A stretch of DNA of 64,000 nt from an uncultured delta proteobacterium (GTDB lineage Bacteria > Desulfobacterota > RBG-13-43-22): NCBI GenBank assembly GCA_963711835.1, contig CAVQFQ010000017.1, positions 416,001 through 480,000 of the forward strand, given 5' to 3'. Numbering within the stretch: position 1 is the stretch's first letter; the number at the start of each line of letters is the position of its first letter. Both the position numbers and the translations under genes were made by a program. The notes beneath the pieces are model-generated. The model was not told where the DNA came from. It worked only from the letters and a program-made list of their open reading frames with translations, and did no database searches. Shown piece by piece: positions 10,103 through 20,684 of the stretch.

Positions 10103-11110
10103 ATGGAAAATCAAGCACCTGAATACAGTCAGATTCTGGAAAGAATGCTGCTGGTCCCCACGCCTCGTTTTGTCCGGCTTCTGGGGCTGATTATTTCCCT
10201 GGAGGAAGCCCAATACCTGCTGGCCATGCCCGGCCAGCCGGCCGACCTGGCTCAGAAACTGGGCCAGTCCCTGGACAAGGTGGAAGAGATGATCCGGGTC
10301 CTTTTCGTCAAAGGCCTGGCCTTCCCCAGTCCTAAAACCGATCCTCCTACCTGGCGGATGGGACGGGATTTTGTCCAGTTCCATGATGCCACCATCCTCT
10401 GGCCTCAGGCCCCCCAGGAATTTCTGGATCTCTGGCAGGAAATTATGGAAACCGAATGGCCGGAGATGGCCAAAAAATTCAGCCAGCTTTTTCCCCGCCC
10501 CTTTACCCGGGTCATACCGGTCGGACTGGCGGTCCCGGCCTCCACCCATGTCTTGAGTTATGAAAATGTGGAAGAGATCGTTGAAAAGGCCAAAACCCTG
10601 GCGGTAACCAAATGCACCTGCCGTTTGACGGCCCATAAATGCGACCGCCCTTTGGAAGTCTGCCTCCAGGTCAACAAGGCTGCCGACTACAGCCTTAGCC
10701 GGGGTACGGGTAGAGAAGTATCCAAGGCCGAGGCCCTGGAGCTTCTTAAAAAGTCCGAGGAAGCGGGACTGATCCATGTTACCATGAACAAGCATGAGGT
10801 GGACCATATAATCTGTAATTGCTGCCCCTGCTGCTGCCAGACCATGCCCATTCTAATTAAGGATGGCATCCGGGTTATCGATCCCAGCCGCTTTCAGGCC
10901 GTGGTCGATCAGAACCTCTGCACCGCCTGCGGGGCCTGCCTGGAGCGGTGCTACTTTGGGGCCTTGCAAACCAACGAAGAAGAAAAGGCCTTCGTTGAGG
11001 GAGAAAAATGCCTGGGTTGCGGGTTATGCCGGGTGGTTTGCCCGGTAGAGGCCATTACCTTAGAGCCCGTACGGCCGGAGGACTTCGTACCGGAAAAATA
11101 TTTCAGTTAA
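10103..11110 (+). CDS. 4Fe-4S dicluster domain protein
   Basis: CTCR..KC, ICNCCPCCC and two CxxCxxCxxxC ferredoxin motifs; ATG 10103 follows GGAGG. Confidence 0.85.
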   Translation: MENQAPEYSQILERMLLVPTPRFVRLLGLIISLEEAQYLLAMPGQPADLAQKLGQSLDKVEEMIRVLFVKGLAFPSPKTDPPTWRMGRDFVQFHDATILWPQAPQEFLDLWQEIMETEWPEMAKKFSQLFPRPFTRVIPVGLAVPASTHVLSYENVEEIVEKAKTLAVTKCTCRLTAHKCDRPLEVCLQVNKAADYSLSRGTGREVSKAEALELLKKSEEAGLIHVTMNKHEVDHIICNCCPCCCQTMPILIKDGIRVIDPSRFQAVVDQNLCTACGACLERCYFGALQTNEEEKAFVEGEKCLGCGLCRVVCPVEAITLEPVRPEDFVPEKYFS

Positions 11111-11118
11111 TAAAATTA

Positions 11119-11192
11119 GATCACCGCTAAGCCGCAAAGAGCGCCAAGGGAAAATTTCTTAACTTGGCGGCCTTTGCCTCTTGGCGGTGATC
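11119..11192. repeat. REP-like palindromic intergenic element
   Basis: GATCACCGC..GCAAAG.GCGCCAAG...CTTGGCG.CCTTTGC..GCGGTGATC; a related half-copy sits at 40111-40138. Confidence 0.55.
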
Positions 11193-11207
11193 ATCCAAGG
11201 AGATTTT

Positions 11208-13049
11208 ATGACCAAAAAGAAGGGGATAATCGGCGAAGTCATCATGATGGGCAATGAGGCCATAGCCCGGGGGCTGCTGGAGTCCGGCGTTCAGTGTGCC
11301 ACTTCCTATCCCGGTACACCGGCATCCGAGATCCTGGAATCGGTCATCCGTTTCAAGAATCAGGAAAAGGTGCCTATCTTCGCGGAATGGGCCATCAATG
11401 AAAAAGTGGCCTTTGAAACCGCCCTGGCCCAGACTTACCTGGGCCGCCGGGCCGCGGTTTCCATGAAGCAGGTCGGATTAAACGTAGCCGCTGATCCCCT
11501 GATGAGTGCCGCCTATATCGGGGTCAAGGGCGGCTTTGTCATCATTGCCGCCGATGATCCCGGTCCGAAAAGTTCCCAGACCGAACAGGACAGTCGTTTT
11601 CAGGCTTTTTTTGCCAAGATCCCGGTCTTTGATCCCAGTTCCCCCCTGGAAGCCAAGGAGATGATTCCCAGGGCCTTCGCGCTCTCTGAAAAATATGGGA
11701 TTCCCGTGCTGATCCGGCCCACCACCAGGGTCTGCCATGCCCGTCAACCGATTCCTCTCTATCCCATACCGGCTCCCAAGAAAGAGGCCTTTTTTGAACG
11801 CAATCCCGGCCGTTGGGCGGCTACCCCGGGCTTCCGCTATATCCTGCATAAGGCCTTGAACCTGAAGTTAGAGGAGATCGCCCGGGAAAATCCGAGCTTA
11901 AAAAGCTGGAAAAAGAAAGACCGCCCCTCTGCCCTGGCCATTGTGGCTTCCGGCGTCCCTTATGCCCTGGTTCACGATGTCCTGTTGGATACCGGGAAGA
12001 TCCGGGAAGTGGATTTATTCAAAATCGACCAGCCTTATCCTTTGCCGGTAAAGGACTTAAAAAAATTCTTAAAGACCTATAAGACCGTCTTAGTCCTGGA
12101 AGAAACCTATCCCCTGATCGAAATGCAACTGGCCGACGGCCTGAAACTCAAAGGGCGCAGAGACGATTCCATCCCCGCCGAAGGGGAGCTTACCCCGGAT
12201 ATTGTCCATCACCTGCTGGCCCGGTTACTGAACTGGAAACTGAAAGGAGAACCGCTCCCTGAACCCAAAGGGCGGCGGCCGGCACTCTGTCCCGGCTGCC
12301 CCCACCGTTCGGCTTTCTGGGCCATCAAGAAAACCTTTCCTAAAGGGATTTTTCCCGGGGACATCGGCTGTTATACGTTGGGAATGAACATGGGGGTTGT
12401 GGATACCTGCCTGTGCATGGGGGCCAGTATCACCACCGCCACCGGTCTGTATCAGGGATATAAAGCCTCCGACCAGCCCATCCCGCCCCTGGTGGCCACG
12501 ATTGGGGACTCTACTTTTTTCCACGCCGGGATCCCGGCCCTGGTTCATGCCGTGCATCAGAAAGCCCGCTTTATCCTGGTCATTCTGGACAATTCTACGG
12601 TAGCCATGACCGGTGGCCAGCCCACGCCCAACCTGACGACCCTTTCCGACGGCAGTCCGGCCCAGCCTATTGATCTGGAGACCATGGTCAAGGCCTGCGG
12701 GGTAACCTTTCTGGAAACGGTGGACCCCTACGACGTTCAGGCCATGATCCGGATCCTGAAAAAAGCCGGTGAGTATATCCGCCAGGAAGACGGTGGTCCG
12801 GCCGTCATCATTGCCAGGCATCCCTGTCTGGTTTACGGCCGCCATCTCCTGCCCCAGGAGAAGCCGGGCCAGGTAGTCCTGCCGGAGGAGGACTGTGACG
12901 GTTGCGGCATTTGCGTAACTCTCTTCGACTGTCCGGCCATGGTTCAGAAAGGCAAAAAACAACCGGTCCAAATCCTGGAGGAATTCTGTACGCATTGCGG
13001 CACCTGCATCACCGTCTGTCCCAAAAAACGTATCCGGAGGGCAAGCTAA
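11208..13049 (+). CDS. iorA: Indolepyruvate:ferredoxin oxidoreductase subunit alpha
   Basis: MGNEAIARG, YPGTPASE, MKQVGLNVAAD, CPGCPH, GDSTFFHAG (TPP binding) and C-terminal ferredoxin motifs. Confidence 0.92.
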   Translation: MTKKKGIIGEVIMMGNEAIARGLLESGVQCATSYPGTPASEILESVIRFKNQEKVPIFAEWAINEKVAFETALAQTYLGRRAAVSMKQVGLNVAADPLMSAAYIGVKGGFVIIAADDPGPKSSQTEQDSRFQAFFAKIPVFDPSSPLEAKEMIPRAFALSEKYGIPVLIRPTTRVCHARQPIPLYPIPAPKKEAFFERNPGRWAATPGFRYILHKALNLKLEEIARENPSLKSWKKKDRPSALAIVASGVPYALVHDVLLDTGKIREVDLFKIDQPYPLPVKDLKKFLKTYKTVLVLEETYPLIEMQLADGLKLKGRRDDSIPAEGELTPDIVHHLLARLLNWKLKGEPLPEPKGRRPALCPGCPHRSAFWAIKKTFPKGIFPGDIGCYTLGMNMGVVDTCLCMGASITTATGLYQGYKASDQPIPPLVATIGDSTFFHAGIPALVHAVHQKARFILVILDNSTVAMTGGQPTPNLTTLSDGSPAQPIDLETMVKACGVTFLETVDPYDVQAMIRILKKAGEYIRQEDGGPAVIIARHPCLVYGRHLLPQEKPGQVVLPEEDCDGCGICVTLFDCPAMVQKGKKQPVQILEEFCTHCGTCITVCPKKRIRRAS

Positions 13050-13549
13050 TGAAAAAGCAGATTGTAATCGCCGGCACGGGCGGACAAGGAGTCTTGTTCA
13101 TCACCCGGGTTATCGTGGAGGCGGCCTTCCTGTCCGGTTTTTCGGTCATCTCATCCGAAACCCATGGCATGGCCATGCGCGGCGGCTCGGTCATTTCTCA
13201 GATCAAGATCGGCAACTACCTCAGCCCGGCTATCGAGCAGGGACAGGCCGATTGCCTTTTGGGATTGACCCGGCAGGAAGCCGAGGCCTTTGCTTATTAT
13301 CTAAAACCGAAAGGTAAAATAGTCATTAATGACGGCCAAGAAGGGAAAAACAGGATTGATGCGGAAGGAGCAGCCAAGAAAATGGGGCTGCCGCGATCCG
13401 GCAACATGTTTTTTCTGGGCTATGCTGGCCGGCAGGCCGGGCTGGGGTTAAAACCCGAAAAAGTCAGGGAGGCCATTTCCAAATTGTCCCCGCCCAAATT
13501 CCGGGATCAGAACCTGGCCGCTTTCGAGGCCGGAAGCCAAAAAAAATAG
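13049..13549 (+). CDS. iorB: Indolepyruvate:ferredoxin oxidoreductase subunit beta
   Basis: GTGGQG and SETHGMAMRGGSV; TAATG overlap with iorA. Confidence 0.9.
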   Translation: MKKQIVIAGTGGQGVLFITRVIVEAAFLSGFSVISSETHGMAMRGGSVISQIKIGNYLSPAIEQGQADCLLGLTRQEAEAFAYYLKPKGKIVINDGQEGKNRIDAEGAAKKMGLPRSGNMFFLGYAGRQAGLGLKPEKVREAISKLSPPKFRDQNLAAFEAGSQKK

Positions 13550-13640
13550 GACCATTCCCAATAATTTCGTTCTCTGAAATCGAGCCCTGCCGTTAGCTCG
13601 TTGCGCAAGTCCGGTATGGTAAGGGTGAAGTCAAAAGGCA

Positions 13641-13937
13641 ATGGAAAAACTTATTATAGCTCTGATAATCGCTTTTATTGCCTTTGAGTTCGTTGAGCAT
13701 GTCATTATCCCTCTGGTCGGCCTTTTTATGCAAAAGAAGAAAAAATCAGCTTACGGGCCAACGAATCTTTTGGGGAGAACTGCTGAGGTCAAAAAGTGGG
13801 AGAAGAACGAAGGCTATGTTTTTGTCAACGGGGAACTCTGGAAAGCCGTTAGCGATTTACCTTTCTCTCCCGGCGACAAAGTCCTTGTTCAAAAAGTGGA
13901 GGGGCTGACATTACGGGTGGGACCTCTTTTAAAATAA
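13641..13937 (+). CDS. NfeD-family protein (C-terminal OB-fold)
   Basis: TM helix followed by GYVFVNGELWKA...GDKVLV..VEGLTLRV. Confidence 0.85.
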   Translation: MEKLIIALIIAFIAFEFVEHVIIPLVGLFMQKKKKSAYGPTNLLGRTAEVKKWEKNEGYVFVNGELWKAVSDLPFSPGDKVLVQKVEGLTLRVGPLLK

Positions 13938-14486
13938 TGTATATTTCGCAGGTAAAAAGAGGAAAAAACCGTTTGCAAAATAAATTAGGCCGAAAACGCC
14001 TGCGATAAGCCCCAGAATCCAGACCATCTTTTTCTTCATGAGGGCGGCAATTGAAGAAAGCAAAATGGCGATCTGAAGGAAGATAATAGCGATTCCAAAG
14101 ATCTGCGCGTGCTTCTGGGCGTCCTCATTGATGGCCTCAAATTTCTTGGCCTCCCCTTGGATCTCCGCTTTTTCCTCATTGTATCGCTTTATATTTTTAG
14201 AATAGAATTCAATACGTTTTCCATATTCTTCCACCAAGGATTTTGGGATCTTGGATCCCATGCCCGTGAGCTCCAGTTCCAATTTCTCCTTCTGTAATTC
14301 ATAAAGATACCCTTTAATACTTTTGGCCTGAAAGTAGGCCCATTGGTTGGACGCCTTTGATTGGCTCAGCACGGACCGCGTTGAAAATCCACCTCCTTTG
14401 AAGGTGGACAAGGTCGCACAAACGGCTAATATCACTGTCATGAGGGCAAGGTAGTTTAGCCAAGGTTCCTTCTTCTCCTCTGCCAT
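13929..14486 (-). CDS. DUF4337-family membrane protein
   Basis: ASNQWAYFQAKSIK, coiled coil, LQIAILLSSI. Confidence 0.8.
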   Translation of the reverse strand: MAEEKKEPWLNYLALMTVILAVCATLSTFKGGGFSTRSVLSQSKASNQWAYFQAKSIKGYLYELQKEKLELELTGMGSKIPKSLVEEYGKRIEFYSKNIKRYNEEKAEIQGEAKKFEAINEDAQKHAQIFGIAIIFLQIAILLSSIAALMKKKMVWILGLIAGVFGLIYFANGFFLFLPAKYTLF

Positions 14487-14610
14487 AGGTCCCTCCTCTT
14501 CTTGGCCCGAATTCTATTAATTTGTCATCACCCTTAAAAGCGGCCGATTTCCTGATTTCTAAGGAATTCCTTTGTCGCCTGATCAATTAAATACCTTTAG
14601 GTCGGCTCGT

Positions 14611-15546
14611 TCAGCGCAACTTATGACGATGGGATTCCCCTCCTTTCTGTTTTAGCACGCTGCAGGTTGCCTCGGTCAGTTCACAGTCAAAGGAACAAGG
14701 CTCGATATGAATAACAATATCAATACTTTGTATCTTGCTTTTAATTTCCGCCTCCATTTTATTGGCTTCCTCATGAGCCTCCGTCACATTCAGCTTCCGG
14801 CAAATAAGGGAATGAAAATCCGCATATTTCCTGGTGCCCGAAAAACGTGTTCTAAGATTATGATAACCGGCAACGGGAAAAGGTCTGTCGGTAATAATTG
14901 TAATCAGTCTGGCCTCTATGGCCTCCGGGATACGGCTGTCCATCAGCCCAACAACGCCGGATTTTAGGATTTTTAAGGCCGAGAATATGATAATTAGTCC
15001 GACAATGACTGCAAAGAGCATATCAAAGGATACCTGTCCGGTATAATAGGTAAGAAGAATCGCCATGATAGCGGCCGAATTCGAATAGAGATCACTGGTA
15101 TAATGAAGGGCATCGGCCTTGAGGGCATCGGAATCCGTTTTTCGACCCACCTTGCGAAGCGTTGTGGAGATGATAAAACTGAAAAGGAGGGAAAGTACCA
15201 TGACCCCGAGATCAAGAACGGAATAGGCAACACCTTCTTTAAGAAAATATTTTTCGGCCGCCTTGAAAATAATAAAGGAGCCGGTAAACAGGATCACAAA
15301 GGATTGGCCTACGGCGGCCAGGCTTTCGGTTTTCCCATGCCCATAAGGGTGGGTCAGATCAGGAGGCTGGGCGGCTTTCGTAATGGCCAGAAAGTTCATG
15401 GCCGACATGAAGACGTCTAATAAACTATCGAGGCCGGACGAAGCAACGGCCATGGAACCGGATAGTAACCCGACTGAAAACTTACTGCCCGCCAAAACAA
15501 AGGCGGAGCATATGGCGAACAGGGAGGCTTTTTGTTTTATATCCAT
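14611..15546 (-). CDS. Cation diffusion facilitator (FieF-like) transporter
   Basis: DSLLD, HPYGHGK.E, ADALHYTSD and IHIEP motifs. Confidence 0.92.
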   Translation of the reverse strand: MDIKQKASLFAICSAFVLAGSKFSVGLLSGSMAVASSGLDSLLDVFMSAMNFLAITKAAQPPDLTHPYGHGKTESLAAVGQSFVILFTGSFIIFKAAEKYFLKEGVAYSVLDLGVMVLSLLFSFIISTTLRKVGRKTDSDALKADALHYTSDLYSNSAAIMAILLTYYTGQVSFDMLFAVIVGLIIIFSALKILKSGVVGLMDSRIPEAIEARLITIITDRPFPVAGYHNLRTRFSGTRKYADFHSLICRKLNVTEAHEEANKMEAEIKSKIQSIDIVIHIEPCSFDCELTEATCSVLKQKGGESHRHKLR

Positions 15547-15636
15547 GGATAGTTGGCAGGGATGTTTCCAAAAAAGATGAACCGGAAAATCATACCATTG
15601 GCTTGTAAATAACCCATTCCACGGCCCCTGGCATAA

Positions 15637-16614
15637 TTAATCGTGTTTATATTTATGATGATGGTCCTTAAAACGATAAAACCCATGAGAACCCTTTTCC
15701 ACCCAGTAAACAACCGCAACCATTGACAACAACAATACGGTTATAATCAAAATGATCCCGTATTTCCACCCTAATTTGCCTTCCGTCAACCAGGCCCATA
15801 AGGGTTTGCTCCTCCCGGCCCTGGAGGGGACCGCTGGGCTCCGATGCAGTATTTTTTCAAAATGAAAATCTGATGGAGAAGATCTCTTCTCTGGTGACCC
15901 GGGTCGTTTTACGGAAATGACGGCAGGCCTTCTAACAGAATCTCGGTAATCCTTGAAGAGCCGGTAGAGCTCCCGATCCCAGCGCCGTTTTATCTGGGGT
16001 GGTTCCTGACACTCCCGCAGAAGCAAGCCGCGCCCCCAGGCTATTGTCCCATTCCACAACGGTAGCTGCTCTAATCGACCGATGAATTCCTCCTTTTTTT
16101 GCTCACCTTCTTCCTCTTCCCGGGGAGCGAGGAAAAGCAACCCGGATTCAATAAGGCAGGGGCCCCTAAGAACCCTGTTCATCCCTCGAAGGGTTTGCCA
16201 GGATATTTTCCCCTTGTCCGTGACACTAATTTGATATTGCCCGAGCCGGTAGAGCCCCGGTTGCATGTCCTTGATAGACTTCGGATCTGTTTTGTTTCTA
16301 TCGGCTAATAACGATGTCCGTATAAGAAAATCATCGCTCAGACTTTGGCTGGTCCGGATATCCAACAAATCCGAAGAAAAACAATAATAACGAGTTTTGC
16401 CCCAGACGGGCAATTTTTTTAACCGGTCCAGGAACTCGCCGATTAAAAAGCCGTGCTCCTCTCGACGCCCCCGCCCCAGGATGAGCACCTCGCCATAAAT
16501 AAAACATTTCCCGCTCCGCTGCAGCCCAAAACCGGCATGCCTTTCCCACCAGAGCAGACGATCCTCATCTTCTGTAATCCGATATTCCCCTAATCGATAG
16601 GTCGTTTTTTTCAT
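15637..16614 (-). CDS. Hypothetical membrane-anchored protein with a duplicated ~75-aa domain and His-rich tail
   Basis: YRLGEYRI...LKKLPVW and YRLGQYQI...LEQLPLW; C-terminal TM helix followed by KDHHHKYKHD. Confidence 0.7.
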   Translation of the reverse strand: MKKTTYRLGEYRITEDEDRLLWWERHAGFGLQRSGKCFIYGEVLILGRGRREEHGFLIGEFLDRLKKLPVWGKTRYYCFSSDLLDIRTSQSLSDDFLIRTSLLADRNKTDPKSIKDMQPGLYRLGQYQISVTDKGKISWQTLRGMNRVLRGPCLIESGLLFLAPREEEEGEQKKEEFIGRLEQLPLWNGTIAWGRGLLLRECQEPPQIKRRWDRELYRLFKDYRDSVRRPAVISVKRPGSPEKRSSPSDFHFEKILHRSPAVPSRAGRSKPLWAWLTEGKLGWKYGIILIITVLLLSMVAVVYWVEKGSHGFYRFKDHHHKYKHD

Positions 16615-16738
16615 CGCACTCAGCCGTATTAAAAATGCACTGAACAGGCCTTCAAGCCCTCTTTCAAGTATGCCCGATCGTTTTATTAAGGCGAAAGAAA
16701 AGGTATCCTTATAAGTACAGGCTACTATACACGCATCA

Positions 16739-17549
16739 CTAATCTAATGGCACCCATTGAGACGAGATCCCCTTGGAATCCACCTGAACTAACAAGAAAC
16801 CATATTCGGGTTTCCCAAATCCATATTTACTATAAAGAGTTGCCCCGCCTCCAGCGCTGATAATATATTTACTGCCCTTTATGGTCATTTCATCATAGAG
16901 GTGGATATGGCCATGAAATACCAAGGGGACCTCGGCCTTTTCAATTAAGTCCATTAGTTCCCCACCCCGACCGCCATTCGTATCATTCAGCATAGAATGG
17001 ACAATCCAGCGACCTATGGCAGGAGGTTTATGAAAGGCAACAAAACTAACTCTTTTCCTTATTTAAGGTGTTTCGAGCAAATTCTAAGGTTTTTTCGTCG
17101 AACTTTCCTAACGTATTATCCAGCCCTATCAAGCGATAATTTCCATAGTCAAAGAACCAGTTGGTTTCCCCTATATATCTCTGATAATTATCCTTACCCG
17201 AACGCAGGTCATGATTTCCGGGAATATGCAATATCGGGATTCCGTAGCCCTCTATCTGCTTTTTATAATTTTCATATTCTTCGGCCTGACCTTCTTGGAC
17301 TATGTCTCCGGTGTTTAAAATAAATAGCGGCTTGAAGGTCTTGGCTTTATCTAAAATTCCGAGAAACTTTTTTTCATTCCCGCGGCTGTCTCCAAAAACA
17401 ATAAAAGCAAAGCCCCCATTGATTCCTGAAGGATTGGAAGCAATGGCTTTCATGTTTTCTTCTATGGAAAGCGGGATAGCCCAGGAAAAAGCAGGAAAAA
17501 ATAGAAGGGTTAATCCCATAAAAAACAGAAGAAGATTTTTATACTTCAT
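16739..17549 (-). pseudogene. Secreted calcineurin-like metallophosphoesterase with one +1 frameshift (~17051, possible sequencing error)
   Basis: GDSR, TGD and PGNHD in the first frame; FHKPP and GHIH in the second; removing one base joins them. Confidence 0.75.
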
Positions 17550-17575
17550 AAGTTGACGAACTCCAGCTAAAGGCC

Positions 17576-18187
17576 TTATTGGGGAATAACCACAGAATCT
17601 TCATCGAAGTTGCCCTGCTCGGCTTTTGGGTGACAGGCAGCGCAGTTCGAAAGAGAGCCGATGGTTTTACGATTGAAAATCTCAGGGGAGATTTTCCGGT
17701 GTTTTTTGCGGAAAGCGGGTACTTCGGTAATCCGGAGGGATGTTTTTCCTTCCAGGCTCCCCAGGATCTTGCGGGCTTTTTTGGCCGATGATCTATCCGC
17801 TGCATTTTCCCTCAGGTACTTGAGCAATTCCTCCCTTACCTTGGGGTCAAGCGTGATCTTTTCTCCGAAGTGATTCTCTGCCTGGTTAAGGATTTTTTCC
17901 CAGGAAGGGCCGGGGAGCAACTCCGGCAAATAGGCCATATGGCACCCACCGCAAGTAGTTTTGTAGGCCAGACTGGTAACAGGCTTAAAATCGCTTTCCC
18001 CCAGGAAAGCATCTCCCTTCCTTTTCCCATTATCCTCCTCATCGTTATCATCGGCAAAAGTCAGCCAATGGTGCCAATTCCCTTCGTTGTGACGATCCTG
18101 ATCCACAAGAACAAGAACCAGCAAACCGACCAGGCTCACAAGAAAAAAGATGGAAAGAAAAAAGATGATTTTGCCCCGCCTTTTCAT
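17576..18187 (-). CDS. Diheme cytochrome c (DHC family), membrane-anchored
   Basis: CGGCHMAY.P.LLP..SW, HFG, RITE and NCAACH motifs. Confidence 0.88.
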   Translation of the reverse strand: MKRRGKIIFFLSIFFLVSLVGLLVLVLVDQDRHNEGNWHHWLTFADDNDEEDNGKRKGDAFLGESDFKPVTSLAYKTTCGGCHMAYLPELLPGPSWEKILNQAENHFGEKITLDPKVREELLKYLRENAADRSSAKKARKILGSLEGKTSLRITEVPAFRKKHRKISPEIFNRKTIGSLSNCAACHPKAEQGNFDEDSVVIPQ

Positions 18188-18317
18188 AAGATAACCCCAT
18201 TAAACGCCGGCCCTGCCGGAGCGATTCTAAAAGTCAAGCAAATCACCCAGGAAGGATTTACGCTTCTTTTTTCCCTGATGGCCATAACCGTGGTCATCAT
18301 AGTGTTTCCTTTATCTT

Positions 18318-18863
18318 TTAACGACGGCCCCGTCCACCGCCTCCAGACCCGCCCCCGAATCCCCCACGGCTTCCACTTGGGGAACCAAGGCCTCCGCGGC
18401 CCCCCCAGGTCTCAGCCCGGCCGCCTCTCCACAGGGGGATCCCTTCTTTATCACGAAAGTCATAGGTCTGGTTGGTGGATAAGATACGCATATCCTGGGC
18501 AATGAGGTAAAGCTTGGCGTCCTTACCCATGGTCTTGGACCCTCGGACCAAGACTTCCATCCCATCGGTAAATTTGATCTGCTGGTCATGCCAGTACCAG
18601 GATGGAGAAGCGAGGACAATGTATTTCTCCCGGTCTGAAGAGACCAGTTGAAAATGGACTGGTCCGCTTTCCTTTCGCGACAGATCGTAGGCCCTTCCCC
18701 TGACCTCCCCCATGGTATTGGGGTCAAAACCCCCGGGATAATGGATGCCGCTTTCTTCAAGAATAATGTCTTTTTCTCCTGCAAGAATAGGTAACGGTAA
18801 GCAGACAAGCGTAACAAATAAGAGCAGGACGAACATCACCGTCCTGCTCTTATTTAGAGGCAT
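18318..18863 (-). CDS. Exported protein with probable OB-fold and Gly-rich tail
   Basis: Signal peptide; FDPNT..EVRG, SPSWY, G.EVLVRGS and RDKEGIPLW; start chosen at MPLNKS. Confidence 0.6.
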   Translation of the reverse strand: MPLNKSRTVMFVLLLFVTLVCLPLPILAGEKDIILEESGIHYPGGFDPNTMGEVRGRAYDLSRKESGPVHFQLVSSDREKYIVLASPSWYWHDQQIKFTDGMEVLVRGSKTMGKDAKLYLIAQDMRILSTNQTYDFRDKEGIPLWRGGRAETWGGRGGLGSPSGSRGGFGGGSGGGGRGRR

Positions 18864-18876
18864 TAAGTAGTTTATT

Positions 18877-19179
18877 TTATCTTGGTCCCGGTCCATTTCC
18901 TGGAGCCCCAGGTCCAAATTTCTGTCCTCCAAGAGGTCCGGAGCCATCTCCAGGGCCATACGTATTCCCTCTCTTATTCATCCGGCCTGCTTGAGTTGCA
19001 TTCGAGTTGAGACAGGATCCATCCCGAAGACGATCCCGATCCCGCGCGGGAGTCTGTAATCGGGTGCCCCCCATCTGCCTGCCGCCGAAGCCTTTTCCGG
19101 CCGCGGCCGCTGTAAGGGGAAAGGTACTGGCCAACAAACAGGCCCCTGCCAAAAGTCCAACTACTGTTTTCTTTTTCAT
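18877..19179 (-). CDS. Small exported low-complexity protein (RDRDRLRDGSC, GPGDG motifs)
   Basis: AGGAGG RBS, Sec signal peptide; first gene after a sigma54 promoter. Confidence 0.7.
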   Translation of the reverse strand: MKKKTVVGLLAGACLLASTFPLTAAAAGKGFGGRQMGGTRLQTPARDRDRLRDGSCLNSNATQAGRMNKRGNTYGPGDGSGPLGGQKFGPGAPGNGPGPR

Positions 19180-19218
19180 GGTGATACCTCCTACTGGAAT
19201 AAGTTTCCCCTTTTTAAA

Positions 19219-19235
19219 AGCAAGCACAATGCCAA
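19219..19235 (-). promoter_or_regulatory. sigma54 (-24/-12) promoter
   Basis: Minus strand TTGGCATTGTGCTTGCT gives GG-N10-GC and matches TGGCAC-N5-TTGC at all but one position. Confidence 0.8.
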
Positions 19236-19309
19236 TTAGGAGGTATCGACTAACTAAATGAATTTCAAGTAAGTTTTAAGGTCCAGACAAAAAACCTCCT
19301 TTGGGTTGC

Positions 19310-19343
19310 TGCAGGTTTTGCACTTTATGCTGCAAGATCTGCA
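19310..19343. promoter_or_regulatory. Tandem enhancer-binding-protein sites
   Basis: TGCAGGTTTTGCA (19310-19322) and TGCAAGATCTGCA (19331-19343), 21 bp apart, 75-110 bp upstream of the sigma54 promoter. Confidence 0.65.
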
Positions 19344-19347
19344 GTGA

Positions 19348-20682
19348 TTAACTGAGGTCGTATTCCTTAAGCCGGTACTGCAGGGTCCTGACGGATATGC
19401 CCAAAACCTTGGCAGCCTGTTTCCTGTTGCCTCCTACCTCGGACAAGACCTTCTGAATTAAATTTTTTTCTTCCTGGAGCAGTAGTCCTTCTTGTGAGTC
19501 GGCCGGCTTTTCCAGTGGCTCGATGTTCAAGATGTTCCGGTTCAATCCGGCCGCTGGCCAGGATCACCGCCCGTTCGATGACGTTTTGAAGTTCCCGGAT
19601 GTTACCAGGCCAGGTATATCCGGTTAGGGTCGAGACGGCCTCAGGTGCAAATCCCGAGATTTTTTTACCAAAAGCGACGGCGTATTTTTTTAGAAAAAAG
19701 TCCGCCAAATCGACAATGGCCTCTTGCCGTTCGATCAGGGCAGGCAAATCGATGGGAAAGACATTGAGGCGATAATAAAGGTCTTCCCGAAATCTTCCCT
19801 GGAACACCTCCGCCTTCAGGTCTTTGTTGGTGGCCGAGATGAATCGTAGGTCCACGGAAATGGATCGGGTCCCCCCAACCCTTTCGAATTCCCTTTCCTG
19901 AATGACCCTCAGGAGCTTTACCTGCACGGAAGCCGGGATTTCACCGACCTCATCCAGGAAAACGGTACCGCCGTCCGCCAGCTCAAAGCGGCCTTTCCGG
20001 GAACTGACCGCCCCGGTAAAGGCGCCTCGTTCATGGCCGAAGAGTTCGCTTTCCAGCAGGGTTTCCGCCAGGGCGGCACAATGAACGGCGATAAAGGGTC
20101 CGGTTTTACGGGGACTCCATTGATGAATCAAACGGGCGACCAATTCCTTTCCCGTTCCGCTGGGGCCGGTGATCAGTACGCTGGCCGTCGTTGGGGCCAC
20201 CTCCTGAACCAGGCGCCGGACCTCTTTCATTCTTTTCCCCAAAAAGATCATCTCCAGGGGCGGGAATTGTTTCCCCAACTCTTCCGCGAGCAAAGAGATG
20301 GTCTGCTCCAGATTCGGCTTCTTTGAGCACCCGGCGGATGACCCGGCGCAATTCCTCCGGATTGCGTAGGGGTTTGGTCAGGTAATCCGAAGCCCCGCTT
20401 TTCATGGCCGCTACGGCATTGTCGATGGACCCAAAGGCCGTGACAATGATCCAGCGGCGTTTCCGGCCTTTCCTTTTTCCCCTCCCGCAGCAAATCCAGT
20501 CCGGACAAACCGGGCATGCGAAGATCGGTAATCACCAGATCGTATTCCGAGGCCTTTATTTTGTCCAACCCTTCCCGGCCATTCCCGGCCTCTTCAACCC
20601 GGTAGCCTTCCTCCTTAAGGATCAGGGAAAAAAAGGAGCGCAAGGCGGCATCATCTTCTACAATCAAAATGGCTTTGCCCAC
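19348..20682 (-). pseudogene. NtrC/AtoC-family sigma54-dependent response regulator with three +1 frameshifts (~20457, ~20309, ~19531; possible sequencing errors)
   Basis: REC (IVEDD, DLRMP, DYLTKP), AAA+ (GPSGTGKE, GAFTGA, FLDEVGE, WPGNIREL) and Fis HTH (GNRKQAAKVLGIS..TL) spread over shifting frames. Confidence 0.85.
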
Positions 20683-20684
20683 GG

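Noticed and set aside
17046-17048. TAG read-through (pyrrolysine) in the metallophosphoesterase
   Set aside because: The continuation is in a different frame, so this is a frameshift, not read-through.
18318-18863. Magnetosome gene (MamS/MamX-like OB-fold near a CDF and a cytochrome)
   Set aside because: No other mam genes are present, and this fold is widespread.
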